From Anaerolineales bacterium (GTDB lineage Bacteria > Chloroflexota > Anaerolineae > Anaerolineales > UBA11579): a stretch of DNA of 64,000 nucleotides. Positions within the stretch are counted from its first letter, which is position 1. Every line of letters starts with the position of its first letter. The notes under the pieces are model-generated. The model saw only the letters and a list, made by a program, of their open reading frames with translations, did not search any database and was not told where the DNA came from. The position numbers were made by a program, and so were the translations under genes. Below, piece after piece: positions 37,757-46,828 of the stretch. The DNA is taken from contig JAGVCA010000016.1 in the NCBI GenBank assembly GCA_020059485.1, forward strand, positions 51,890 through 115,889, read 5' to 3'.

Positions 37757-38554
37757 ATGGTCACCAGGATCTTTGATTACGGTAAACCGTGTACGACGCC
37801 CCCCATCGAGGATACCCCTGCCCTGCAAGTGGAGGGACTGACTTTCCGTTACCCGGATCTGGACCTGCCGGTACTGGACCAGATCAACCTGACGATCCAC
37901 CCTGGGGAACGGGTGGCGATGGTTGGACCGAACGGGGCCGGTAAGTCCACGCTGATCAAACTGGTCGCCGGGCTGGAGAAGATCCAGTCAGGCCGCATCC
38001 AGGTCTACGGCCACCCGGCCCACGAGTGCAAACACCGCGTAGCGCTTGTTCCGCAGCGCTCGGAGGTGGACTGGCGCTTCCCGGTCACTGCCCGTGAGGT
38101 AGTGATGATGGGACGCTACGCCAACCTCGGTTGGGTAAAACGCCCCCGTCCGATCGATCACCAGAAAGTCGCTGAAGCCCTCGAACGGCTCCAGATCACC
38201 CGCCTGGCCGACCGCCGTGTCGGGGACCTCTCCGGCGGGCAGCAGCAGCGCGTCATGCTGGCGCGCGCTCTGGCTCATGATGCCGATCTGCTGCTGCTGG
38301 ACGAACCACTCAACCATGTCGATTTTTCCACCCAGGAACTGATCTTCCACCTGCTGGAAGACCTGTGCAACCTAGGCAAAGCCGCCATCGTCAGTACCCA
38401 TGACCTGGGGATCCTCCCGGTGCACTTTTGCCGGGCGGTCTTTCTCGACCGCCATATTATCGCGGACGGCGAAGTCAGCGATGTGCTGACCGCAGAAAAC
38501 ATCGCCCGGGCTTATGGTTTTGAGTTCCACGGGGAGGAGAACACCAGCAAGTGA
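37757..38554 (+). CDS. znuC: Metal ABC transporter ATP-binding protein
   Basis: Walker A GPNGAGKST, signature LSGGQQQR and Walker B LLLLDEP. Confidence 0.9.
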   Translation: MVTRIFDYGKPCTTPPIEDTPALQVEGLTFRYPDLDLPVLDQINLTIHPGERVAMVGPNGAGKSTLIKLVAGLEKIQSGRIQVYGHPAHECKHRVALVPQRSEVDWRFPVTAREVVMMGRYANLGWVKRPRPIDHQKVAEALERLQITRLADRRVGDLSGGQQQRVMLARALAHDADLLLLDEPLNHVDFSTQELIFHLLEDLCNLGKAAIVSTHDLGILPVHFCRAVFLDRHIIADGEVSDVLTAENIARAYGFEFHGEENTSK

Positions 38555-38583
38555 CGACTCTATCGCCTGAAGGCGACAGCTTC

Positions 38584-39765
38584 TCAAGACACGCTCGGCG
38601 CAGCCGCCCACGTTAGGTCTTGATCGCTCCGTCCGAGCGAGCTGAATGCACTTGCCAACACATTCCGGGCAGCATTCACATCCCGGTCCAATACCAGTCC
38701 ACATTCAGGACAATCATGAACACGCACAGACAAACGCTTTTCGACCCTCTCTCCACACCGGCTGCACCGCTGGCTGGTGCGGGCCGGGTTCACCACAACC
38801 AGTCGGCAACCAGTCTCTTCCACTTTGTATGCCAACATTTGGGTGAACATCCCCAGGCCCGCATCGTGCGAGGACAGCGCGAGATGCCGGTTCGTGTTGA
38901 GGAACTTGAGGTTGAGGTCTTCGATCGCAATCAGGGCATGCCTTTCAGCCAGTTCCCGGGTGAGCTTGTGCCAGTAGTCATGACGTTGGTTGGCGATCTG
39001 CTCATGCAGACGGGCCACCTGCCGGACCGCTTTGCGCCGGCGATTGCTGCCCTGCTTCCGTCTGGACACCCGGCGCTGGGCCACCCGCAGCCTGGACAGC
39101 GAGCCTCTCAGCCAGCGGGGGTTGTCAATCAGCTCGCCTTCGCTGGTCGCCAGCAGGGAGCGCAGGCCCATGTCAATCCCAATCGGGCCGATCTCGATCG
39201 GACTGCCTTTTTGCTGTGGCTTTTGCTCCTGATCGGGCAGTTCCAGCATCAGGCAGAGATACCATTTGTCGTTGACCCGTTTGACGACCACATGCTTGAT
39301 GACCGCTCGCTCCGGGATCGGGCGGTGGAAGATCAGCTTGATCTCGCCGACATGCTGCAGGTAGAAGCGTTTCTGTCCGTTGTCCTTCTCCCGCAGCTTG
39401 CAGCCGTCACCGTAGCGGTACTCGACGCTCTTGAAGCGGTGATCGCCTTTGTAGCGCGGGAAGCCGGGAGTTTCTCCAGCTTTGACCCGGCGGAAGAAGG
39501 CCGCGAAGGCTTTGTCCAGCCGGCGCAGCAGCTGCTGCACGCTGCTGGCATTCAGCAGGCCGTATTCCTCCGGGCATTTGTTGCGCTGATCGCGGAAGTG
39601 CACCCATTGGGCAGGATAGCGGATCCCTTCACCGCTCTCCTGGTAGGCGGTGATGCGCTGTTCCAGGGCGGCGTTGTACAGCCGGCGCGCCTGGCAGAAC
39701 AGGCTGTCGAGGGCAGCGGTTTGCGCTCTGTTGGGACGCAGGCGGTACTTGTAGGTCCGGATCAT
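38584..39765 (-). CDS. tnpB: TnpB (OrfB_IS605) RNA-guided-endonuclease-family protein
   Basis: 393 aa. N-terminus MIRTYKYRLRPN. RuvC motifs GIDMG, IAIEDL and DRDVNAARN. Zinc ribbon CSRCG...CPECG. Confidence 0.92.
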   Translation of the reverse strand: MIRTYKYRLRPNRAQTAALDSLFCQARRLYNAALEQRITAYQESGEGIRYPAQWVHFRDQRNKCPEEYGLLNASSVQQLLRRLDKAFAAFFRRVKAGETPGFPRYKGDHRFKSVEYRYGDGCKLREKDNGQKRFYLQHVGEIKLIFHRPIPERAVIKHVVVKRVNDKWYLCLMLELPDQEQKPQQKGSPIEIGPIGIDMGLRSLLATSEGELIDNPRWLRGSLSRLRVAQRRVSRRKQGSNRRRKAVRQVARLHEQIANQRHDYWHKLTRELAERHALIAIEDLNLKFLNTNRHLALSSHDAGLGMFTQMLAYKVEETGCRLVVVNPARTSQRCSRCGERVEKRLSVRVHDCPECGLVLDRDVNAARNVLASAFSSLGRSDQDLTWAAAPSVS

Positions 39766-40113
39766 TCAGCTGCGGTTCTCTTGTGTTTCGATGGATTTCC
39801 TGACCGTTTCTTCGGAGACGTGCCGACGCTGCCCACATCACCCAATCTGCTCCACAGTACAGCTATCCTGGTTTGCCATCTGCTGTGGCGCTGTGGTTGG
39901 ATCGCCAGCCTCAAACTGGCGACTGTGATCAGATCCGCTCTCCAAGACCTCAATGTCCATCTTGGGTTGGCTTGCTTTGTTCTGAAGCAGTTCTTTCAGA
40001 CGCACAGCCGCACTCCCCACAAGAACTTTCCGCCTGTACTTTGGGCACCAGACCAGATGATATTTGAGAGAAAACACACTGCCTGCGTTGGTTTTGGATT
40101 GAGTGCCAGACAT
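39766..40113 (-). pseudogene. tnpA: Decayed IS200-type Y1 transposase (tnpA)
   Basis: The N-terminus YHLVWCPKYRRKVL is intact. The expected HUH region reads SDHSRQ. There is an in-frame TGA at 39838-39840. The middle part is missing or frameshifted (LWSR in another frame). The C-terminal HVSEETVRKSIETQENRS is back in frame 1. Confidence 0.8.
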
Positions 40114-40216
40114 AGAACAATTGTACTACAAATGTGTCGAAACGACAATTGCGACAAAACAATCAGGGAGTGCCGTTTGCCACTGCCAATTTCCTCGGCT
40201 CCCTTTGGAGTATTTT

Positions 40217-41038
40217 ATGATTGAATGGTTGACCGAACCCCTGACCTACGGCTTCATCGTGCGCGGGCTGGCGGCCGCCATCCTGACCGGCATCGCCTGC
40301 GCCGTGTTGAGCGCTTTCGTGGTCTGGCGCGGGATGGCCTTTGTTGGCGATGCCATCGCCCACGCCATACTGCCCGGGATCGTACTGGCCTTCATCGCCG
40401 GCGTGAGCCTGTTTGCCGGCGCGCTGGTCACGGCGGTGCTGGTAGCGGCCTTGATCGGCTGGCTCTCACGCCACGGGGATATTCGCGAGGACACTGCCAT
40501 CGGCGTGGTCTTTACCGGATTCTTTGCCCTGGGTATCCTGCTGATGAGCATTGTGACCAGCTACCAGGATCTGACCCACATCCTGTTCGGCGATATCCTG
40601 GGGGTCAGCCGCTCCGACCTGGGCATCATGGTGGCGATCATGGCCATTGTGCTGGTGGCGGTCTTTCTGTTCTATAAGGAGCTGGTCGTGACCTCCTTTG
40701 ATCCGGGTCATTCGGTGGCGATCGGACTATCGCCTGAACTGGTGCGCTATGGCCTGCTGCTGCTGATCGCCCTGACCGTAGTGGCCGCTATCCAGGTCGT
40801 TGGTGTCGTTCTGGTGTTGGCGTTGTTGATCACTCCGGCGGCGGCAGCCTCCCAGTTGGCCAAACGACTGCCAGCCATCATGGGGCTTGGTGTGGTCTTC
40901 TCTGTGCTCTCCGCCCTGGTTGGATTCTATGCTTCGTATTATGCCAATGTTGCTTCCGGCCCGGCGGTCGTGCTGACCCTGACGGTGATCTTCCTCCTGA
41001 CGCTGCTGGCCCGCACCATCCGCCACCGGCTGGCCTGA
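40217..41038 (+). CDS. znuB: Metal ABC transporter permease
   Basis: Start at 40217 with RBS GGAG. About 8 TM helices with the ZnuB/TroC pattern (FMxxALxxG..., LVLALLITPAAAA). The track ORF start at 40103 lies inside the IS end. Confidence 0.88.
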   Translation: MIEWLTEPLTYGFIVRGLAAAILTGIACAVLSAFVVWRGMAFVGDAIAHAILPGIVLAFIAGVSLFAGALVTAVLVAALIGWLSRHGDIREDTAIGVVFTGFFALGILLMSIVTSYQDLTHILFGDILGVSRSDLGIMVAIMAIVLVAVFLFYKELVVTSFDPGHSVAIGLSPELVRYGLLLLIALTVVAAIQVVGVVLVLALLITPAAAASQLAKRLPAIMGLGVVFSVLSALVGFYASYYANVASGPAVVLTLTVIFLLTLLARTIRHRLA

Positions 41039-41156
41039 CCGCACCACTCCCGAACCGATACACACCTGAGTGCTTAATCTACATGCCCTGAATGGTTTTC
41101 ATCCCTGGTTGGATGCCGTACAATCACAGCATCTCAAAGTATAAGGAGCAGTGACA

Positions 41157-42818
41157 ATGACGGAATCCACCTCTTCCGAGACCCTAATCCTGAAAAACAA
41201 ATCGGTCCTCATTTGGGCCGTCCTGGCCGCCGGCTGGCTGTTCGACTTCCTGTTTTGGGACAAAACGGCCGGCATCTCCATGGCGATCTATCTGCTGGTG
41301 CTGGCCGCAGTCGGTTTTGTGCTGGCACGCTACCAGGGCATCACCCCGGCCCGCAGCATATACTGGTTGCTGATCCCGCTGACCTTCTTCAGCATCATGA
41401 CCTTCATTCGCGCCGAGCCGATGACCACTTTCCTCAATATTGCCGCCTCGCTCTTCCTGTTGGGCGTGATCGCCCACTCTTTCACAGGCGGCCGCTGGTG
41501 GCAGTACCGCTTTAAGGATTATCTCACCGGGGCCTTCTCCGTGACGCTGGATACCCTCTTCCGCCAGATCTCGATCTTCGCCGGGCAGCCCAAAGCGGCG
41601 GAAGCGCCGAACACCCGCAAGCAGGGCATGCGGACCTCACTCTCGATCCTGCGCGGGGTCCTGATCGCTCTGCCGGTAGTCCTGATCTTTGCCGCCATGC
41701 TCTCCGAAGCCGACCCGATCTTCGGCCAGGCCTTTGAGAAGTTCGTCGATTTCTTCGATATCGAGAACCTGGGCGAGTACATCTTCCGCGCGGTGCTGAT
41801 CTGTTTTCTGGGCTATCTGCTGCTGGGCGTTTATCTGCATGCCTACTACAAGGACCATGACACCGCCATCACCGACGAGGAACAGCGCGTCGTGCCGCGC
41901 TTCCTCGGCATCACCGAGGCGGCCATCGTGCTCGGTGCGGTCAACCTGCTGTTCCTGGCATTTGTCAGCATCCAGTTTCAGTACTTTTTCGGCGGGCAGA
42001 CCAATATCAACCTCGAAGGCTATACCTATGCCGAATATGCCCGGCGCGGCTTTGGCGAGCTGGTGGCTGTGGCGGTCTTCAGCCTGCTTTTGTTCCTCGG
42101 GCTGTCATTTGTGACCAAAAAAGAACACCAGACCGCCCGCCGGGTATTCTCCGGGATGGGTGTGCTGCTGTTTGCCCTGGTCAGCGTGATCCTGGTTTCG
42201 TCCTTCCAGCGGTTGCTGCTGTATGAGGCCGTCTACGGCTTTACCCAACTGCGCACCTATACGCATGTCTTCATCATCTGGCTGGGCGCGCTGCTGCTGG
42301 CTGTCAGTGCGCTGGAGGTGCTGCAAAAGCAGCGCTACTTCGCCCTGGCCGGATTGGTTGCCGCAATCGGGTTCGTTGCCACGCTGAATATCCTGAATGT
42401 GGATGCCTTCATCGTCCGGCAGAACGTCGAGCGGATGGTCGAGGGCGAACCGCTGGATGTCGGCTACCTGTCCTCGCTGACCGAGGATGCCGTCCCGGTC
42501 ATGTCCGACCTGTACAATCAGGCCGAGGATCCCGCCGTGCAGGAGGCCCTGGCCGGTGCGCTGGCCTGCCACGCCGTGGTCAATGAGTTTTATGATTATG
42601 CCAATCGCCCCTACCAGAACTACACCTGGCAGTCCTTCCACCTGGCCCGTCACCAGGCCCAGCAGGACTGGCAGGACCGCCAATCCACTGCTGACGCAGA
42701 CCGATTCTCGGTGCAATACTATGACGATGAGTACAGCGAGCCGGAATCGTGGTGGAATGCCTACGTGATCGTGGGCGGTGAAGAAGTCGGCTGCGGCGGG
42801 TACTACGGCTGGGATTAA
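41157..42818 (+). CDS. Large polytopic membrane protein (DUF4153/DUF4173-like)
   Basis: ATG at 41157 with RBS AAGGAG. About 12 TM helices and a C-terminal soluble region. Confidence 0.5.
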   Translation: MTESTSSETLILKNKSVLIWAVLAAGWLFDFLFWDKTAGISMAIYLLVLAAVGFVLARYQGITPARSIYWLLIPLTFFSIMTFIRAEPMTTFLNIAASLFLLGVIAHSFTGGRWWQYRFKDYLTGAFSVTLDTLFRQISIFAGQPKAAEAPNTRKQGMRTSLSILRGVLIALPVVLIFAAMLSEADPIFGQAFEKFVDFFDIENLGEYIFRAVLICFLGYLLLGVYLHAYYKDHDTAITDEEQRVVPRFLGITEAAIVLGAVNLLFLAFVSIQFQYFFGGQTNINLEGYTYAEYARRGFGELVAVAVFSLLLFLGLSFVTKKEHQTARRVFSGMGVLLFALVSVILVSSFQRLLLYEAVYGFTQLRTYTHVFIIWLGALLLAVSALEVLQKQRYFALAGLVAAIGFVATLNILNVDAFIVRQNVERMVEGEPLDVGYLSSLTEDAVPVMSDLYNQAEDPAVQEALAGALACHAVVNEFYDYANRPYQNYTWQSFHLARHQAQQDWQDRQSTADADRFSVQYYDDEYSEPESWWNAYVIVGGEEVGCGGYYGWD

Positions 42819-42852
42819 CATCCACATCTCTGGCTTTGTGATCAAACAAAAC

Positions 42853-42896
42853 GAGAGGAGCGATCCCGGTTTTCAACCAACGGGATCGCTCCTCTC
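42853..42896. terminator. Strong bidirectional hairpin between convergent genes
   Basis: Perfect 16-bp inverted repeat GAGAGGAGCGATCCCG / CGGGATCGCTCCTCTC with a 12-nt loop. Confidence 0.7.
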
Positions 42897-42916
42897 AGCG
42901 TATTCCAGGCTTACTG

Positions 42917-43750
42917 TTATTTAGATTTCTCTAAAAACCACTCGTAAAGAGCGGGGTCAGCGTAGGCAATTGGCCAGGTACCCGAGTGATCGACATCAGG
43001 ATACAAGGTGAATTTAATGTCAGCCCCGCAATTTTCCAACTCTGACACCGTTGCTTGATTCAATTCAGATGAAATATCGTCAGCATCTCCATGAAAAACC
43101 CAGATAGAAAGATTACTTAACGTGCAAATATTCTCTGGAACTGTTGAGCCTGAAAAGGACGGGCTCCCGGCAACAGGAGCAATTGCTGCAAAACGGTCGG
43201 GGTATTCCAGAGCATACTGCCAGGTACCAAGAGCACCTAAGCTTAAACCAGTCAGATAAAGGCGGTTGGTATCGACCGTAAGTATGCTGGATAAATGAAG
43301 GATTAGTTCATCAACAATCCCAATATATTTTCCCCAACGTCCAGAGGGCAACTGGGGAGAAAGAACGATGAATGCAAAATCCGGATCATCTTCCACGAAT
43401 GCCGGTAAACCGCCTTGTCCGATGAGCAGATCAAGATTTCCGCCATAGGAGCCAGCGCCATGCAAGAATACGATCATCGGCCAGGAGTCGTGTTGCTGAT
43501 AATCTTCCGGGAGATATAACAGGTATGGCACCTCTTCCCCCGTGGTCGCGATATAGGAATACGGGTTCTGGCCAGGCATTAAATTGTCTGCAGATAATTC
43601 TGAAAACAGCGTCGGCGTTATGGAGGCAAGTTCCTCGTTTTCGGCTATGGAGGTATTTTCTTCTGGTTCAGCCACTTGTGAAGCGCACGAGGCAAGTAGG
43701 ATTGCGGACAAAAGGAACATCAAGAAACCGAGTTTTTCGAATTTCATCAT
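42917..43750 (-). CDS. Secreted/lipoprotein alpha/beta hydrolase (esterase/depolymerase-like)
   Basis: Start MMKFEKLGF with RBS GGGAGGG. Lipobox LLASC. Nucleophile elbow GLSLG. The region is visibly AT-richer. The track start at 43888 is rejected. Confidence 0.75.
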   Translation of the reverse strand: MMKFEKLGFLMFLLSAILLASCASQVAEPEENTSIAENEELASITPTLFSELSADNLMPGQNPYSYIATTGEEVPYLLYLPEDYQQHDSWPMIVFLHGAGSYGGNLDLLIGQGGLPAFVEDDPDFAFIVLSPQLPSGRWGKYIGIVDELILHLSSILTVDTNRLYLTGLSLGALGTWQYALEYPDRFAAIAPVAGSPSFSGSTVPENICTLSNLSIWVFHGDADDISSELNQATVSELENCGADIKFTLYPDVDHSGTWPIAYADPALYEWFLEKSK

Positions 43751-43826
43751 GGTTGGTCCCTCCCATGAGACACTAAGCCAATCCTTTGCTGTGATTGTGA
43801 TATTATCACAATTTTCATCTATATGA

Positions 43827-44183
43827 TCTAATATCTCTAGGCTGCATGTCATCCAGCCAATCGATCCCCGCATCCACATTGCACTCAACTGCGCTTCGGT
43901 CTCCTGTCCGCCAATCTCCTTCTATGACCCGGATTGACTGGACAACCAGCTGGACCTTGCCACCCGCAGCTACCTCCACAATGAGACTGAATTGCGCGAG
44001 GGCTAGTTGTTCGTTTCCCGGCTGTTCCAATGGTACCGGCGGGACTTCGGCGGCCGCCGCGGGGTGGCTGATTTCCTGATCCACTATTTGCCCGAGGATG
44101 AACGCACGGAGTGGTTGACCGAGCGCGCCCGCCCGCGTTTCCGTTACCTGCCCTATCACTGGAGCTTGAATAATGTCACCTAA
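43827..44183 (+). pseudogene. 5'-truncated DUF547-family remnant with two in-frame stops
   Basis: A single frame reads ...RIHIALNCASVSCPPISFYDPD*LDNQLDLATRSYLHNETELREG*LFVSRLFQWYRRDFGG...YLPYHWSLNNVT*. TGA at 43935-43937 and TAG at 44004-44006. Confidence 0.65.
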
Positions 44184-44278
44184 GAAACCTCAAAAAAATC
44201 AGCCTCCAGCCTAACCCACAGCTGTTAAAAAAGTGCTACCATAAGGGGAGAAAACCAATAACCCTCAGGAGCCATCCC

Positions 44279-46087
44279 ATGTCCCAACCGATCAAACGCG
44301 CTGATTTCCCCCCTGCCAGCAAATGGAAGCCCGAAGCAGTATACCCCGACTGGAAGGCCTTCGAAACCGATTTTGAGGCCCTCAAAGCCCGGCTGCCCGA
44401 AATCGCCAAATTCAAAGGCCGGTTGAAGGAAGGCCCCGGTGTCATCGCCGATTATTTCGAAACGCTGGAACAGCACCTGCCGCGCGGTATGAAACTGGCC
44501 ATGTTCGCTCAGTTTGCCATGGCGGTGGACAACGCTGACCAGCAGCCCAAGGCACATGTCGGTCAGGTGATGGGGCTGATGGGTCAATTCCAGGCTCTGA
44601 CCGCCTTCGCCGAACCGGAACTGCTCGAGATAGGCGCCCAGCTCCTTGAGTGGGCGGACAAAGAACCGCGCCTCAAGATCTACAAGCACTACTTCGATAA
44701 CCTGCTGCGGATGAAAACCCACACCCGTTCCACCGAAGTGGAAGAGGTGATGGGCATGATGCAGGAGCCGATCGGCCAGATGCAGCAGACCGCCTCCGAA
44801 CTCTCGGAAGCGGACATCAAGTTCCAGGACGCGCTGGACGAAAAAGGCCAGAAGTTCCCGGTCACCCAGGGCCTGCTGATGAAGAATGCCACCCACACCG
44901 ACCGGATGGTGCGCCGCACCGCCTGGGAGAACTTTTGCGACGGCTACGCCAGCCACATCAACACCTTCGCCAGCAACTACCTGGCCTACGTCAAGACCCA
45001 GGTGGTCGAGATGCGTGTCCGGGGATTTAATTCGGTGCTCGAATCCCAGCTCAAGCCCTTTAATGTGCCGCTGGATGTCTTCCACAACCTGATCGACACC
45101 TTCAAGGCCAATCTGCCCACCTGGCATCGCTATTGGGACGTCAAACGGCGCGCCCTGGGCTACGACGAGATCCATCCTTACGACATCTGGGCGCCGCTCG
45201 GTAAAGGTTCGCCCAAAGTGACCTTCGAAGAAGCGGTCGAAATGATCGCCGAAGGCAACGCCGAACTTGGCGAGGAATACACTTCCGTGCTGCGGCGCGG
45301 CTGTCTGGAAGAGAACTGGGTCGACTGGGCACCCAACGACACCAAGAGCCAGGGCGCATTCTCAATGCCCGGCAAGGAGAACCTGCCGCCCCTGATCAAA
45401 ATGTCCTTCACCAACGATGTGCCGGCCATGAGCACGCTCTCGCACGAACTCGGCCACTCGATGCATGCCTACTTCACCAACCACAACCAGCCCGAGATCT
45501 ATGCTGGCTTTGGCCTCTCGATGACCCTGGCCGAGACCGCCTCCAACACCAACCAGGCCATGACCCGGGCCTACCTGCGCGAGTCCCGCCGCGAGGACAG
45601 TGAATTCCAGCTGGCGCTGCTGGAAGAAGCGATGTCCAACTACCACCGCTACCTGTTCCAGATGCTTAACCTGGCGACTTTCGAGTTGGAGGTCTTCACC
45701 CGCGCCGAGCAGAACAAACCGCTCTCCGCCGGCATCCTCCAGGACATCATGAAGGACATCTACAAGGCCGGCTACGGCGAGACGATGACCGATGACCCCG
45801 ACCGCACCGCCACCACCTGGGCGCAGTTCGGGCACCTGTACATCCCGTTCTACACCTTCCAGTACTCGGTTGGCATCTCCGCCGCTGACATGCTGACCGC
45901 CAGGGTCCGCGCTGGCGAGCCGAATGCCGCCGATAACTATCTGGCGTTCATCTCCAAAGGATCTTCCATGTATACCATGGACCAGTTCCGCCTGGCCGGG
46001 GTGGACATGACCTCGCCCGAGCCGGTCAAAGCCGCCTTTGGCGTGCTGGCTAGCATGGTCGACCAGATCGAGGAGTTGACAAGTTAG
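44279..46087 (+). CDS. pepF: Oligoendopeptidase F family (M3B) metallopeptidase
   Basis: 602 aa with the zinc motif HELGHSMH. Confidence 0.9.
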   Translation: MSQPIKRADFPPASKWKPEAVYPDWKAFETDFEALKARLPEIAKFKGRLKEGPGVIADYFETLEQHLPRGMKLAMFAQFAMAVDNADQQPKAHVGQVMGLMGQFQALTAFAEPELLEIGAQLLEWADKEPRLKIYKHYFDNLLRMKTHTRSTEVEEVMGMMQEPIGQMQQTASELSEADIKFQDALDEKGQKFPVTQGLLMKNATHTDRMVRRTAWENFCDGYASHINTFASNYLAYVKTQVVEMRVRGFNSVLESQLKPFNVPLDVFHNLIDTFKANLPTWHRYWDVKRRALGYDEIHPYDIWAPLGKGSPKVTFEEAVEMIAEGNAELGEEYTSVLRRGCLEENWVDWAPNDTKSQGAFSMPGKENLPPLIKMSFTNDVPAMSTLSHELGHSMHAYFTNHNQPEIYAGFGLSMTLAETASNTNQAMTRAYLRESRREDSEFQLALLEEAMSNYHRYLFQMLNLATFELEVFTRAEQNKPLSAGILQDIMKDIYKAGYGETMTDDPDRTATTWAQFGHLYIPFYTFQYSVGISAADMLTARVRAGEPNAADNYLAFISKGSSMYTMDQFRLAGVDMTSPEPVKAAFGVLASMVDQIEELTS

Positions 46088-46139
46088 GATTTACCTGCCA
46101 AAACAAAAGGACTGCCCGCACACACACCTTTTGATCAGC

Positions 46140-46619
46140 TCAGCCAGCCGAGCCGATACTGCCCAGGATCATGAGCAGGATCACACAAGCCGCCAGGGTC
46201 AGCCCGAACGCCCCGCAAAGGATCCCGGCCCACGCCTGCCCCTTGCCAGCCAGCGGCGTAGGCGACTCTTTGATCTCGCGCAGGGCGAGCACCCCCATGA
46301 TGATCGCCGGGATGCCAGCAAAGATGCCTCCACCGCACAGGCTGACGAATGCCAGCACCCCGGCAATCACAGCTTTGTTGTTCTTGGGCAGATTTGGCCT
46401 GACCGGCGCAGAACGCCTCGACAGGTCCTCCTGGGAAGACCCGGGGATCTCAACATGAGTATTGCACCTCGGGCAGCGGTTGATGTTTTTGATGAATTCG
46501 GACTTTGTGCCAGTGTAATTGCACGCCTCGCACACTACCCCCAGAATGATCGCCCCGCATACCGGACAATTTTCCTGTGGCACGGACATTGAGCCGCCGC
46601 AGTTGGAACAGCGATACAT
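46140..46619 (-). CDS. Zinc-ribbon protein with a C-terminal DUF4190-like membrane domain
   Basis: Three CxxC pairs in the N-terminal 60 aa and two C-terminal TM helices. Confidence 0.6.
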   Translation of the reverse strand: MYRCSNCGGSMSVPQENCPVCGAIILGVVCEACNYTGTKSEFIKNINRCPRCNTHVEIPGSSQEDLSRRSAPVRPNLPKNNKAVIAGVLAFVSLCGGGIFAGIPAIIMGVLALREIKESPTPLAGKGQAWAGILCGAFGLTLAACVILLMILGSIGSAG

Positions 46620-46828
46620 GGTTGTTCTCCTCCTCTACGTACACAACAAAGCTCGCGCAACCACCGGCGTTGCGCCTGTTCCATCATACAGCCATTTTGA
46701 TCCCAAAGCAATCTGCAGTTGTCAGTTCATCCCGCGGAGGCGGATTTGGCTCACCCCCCTGCAGCCCCATACCCAAATCCTGCCTGACCTGCTAGAATCT
46801 GGCTCAATTCCACATCAGGAGCAGCACC

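Larger units (their letters stand above)
38555..40200 (-). mobile_element. IS200/IS605-family element (decayed tnpA plus intact tnpB) inserted between znuC and znuB
   Basis: tnpA remnant and tnpB abut (TGA-ATG). A subterminal hairpin lies at 38560-38579 next to the tnpB 3' end, and small hairpins lie at 40131-40143 near the other end. Exact ends are not determined. Confidence 0.8.

Noticed and set aside
38620-40224. 534-aa plus-strand ORF.
   Set aside because: It is antisense to tnpB and the tnpA remnant, with shadow-ORF composition.
44225-45175. 316-aa minus-strand ORF. Other minus-strand ORFs of the same kind lie at 47171-48457, 49575-50357 and 51795-53729.
   Set aside because: All are antisense to confidently identified genes (pepF, the GH13 gene, the GGDEF gene and the AOR gene).
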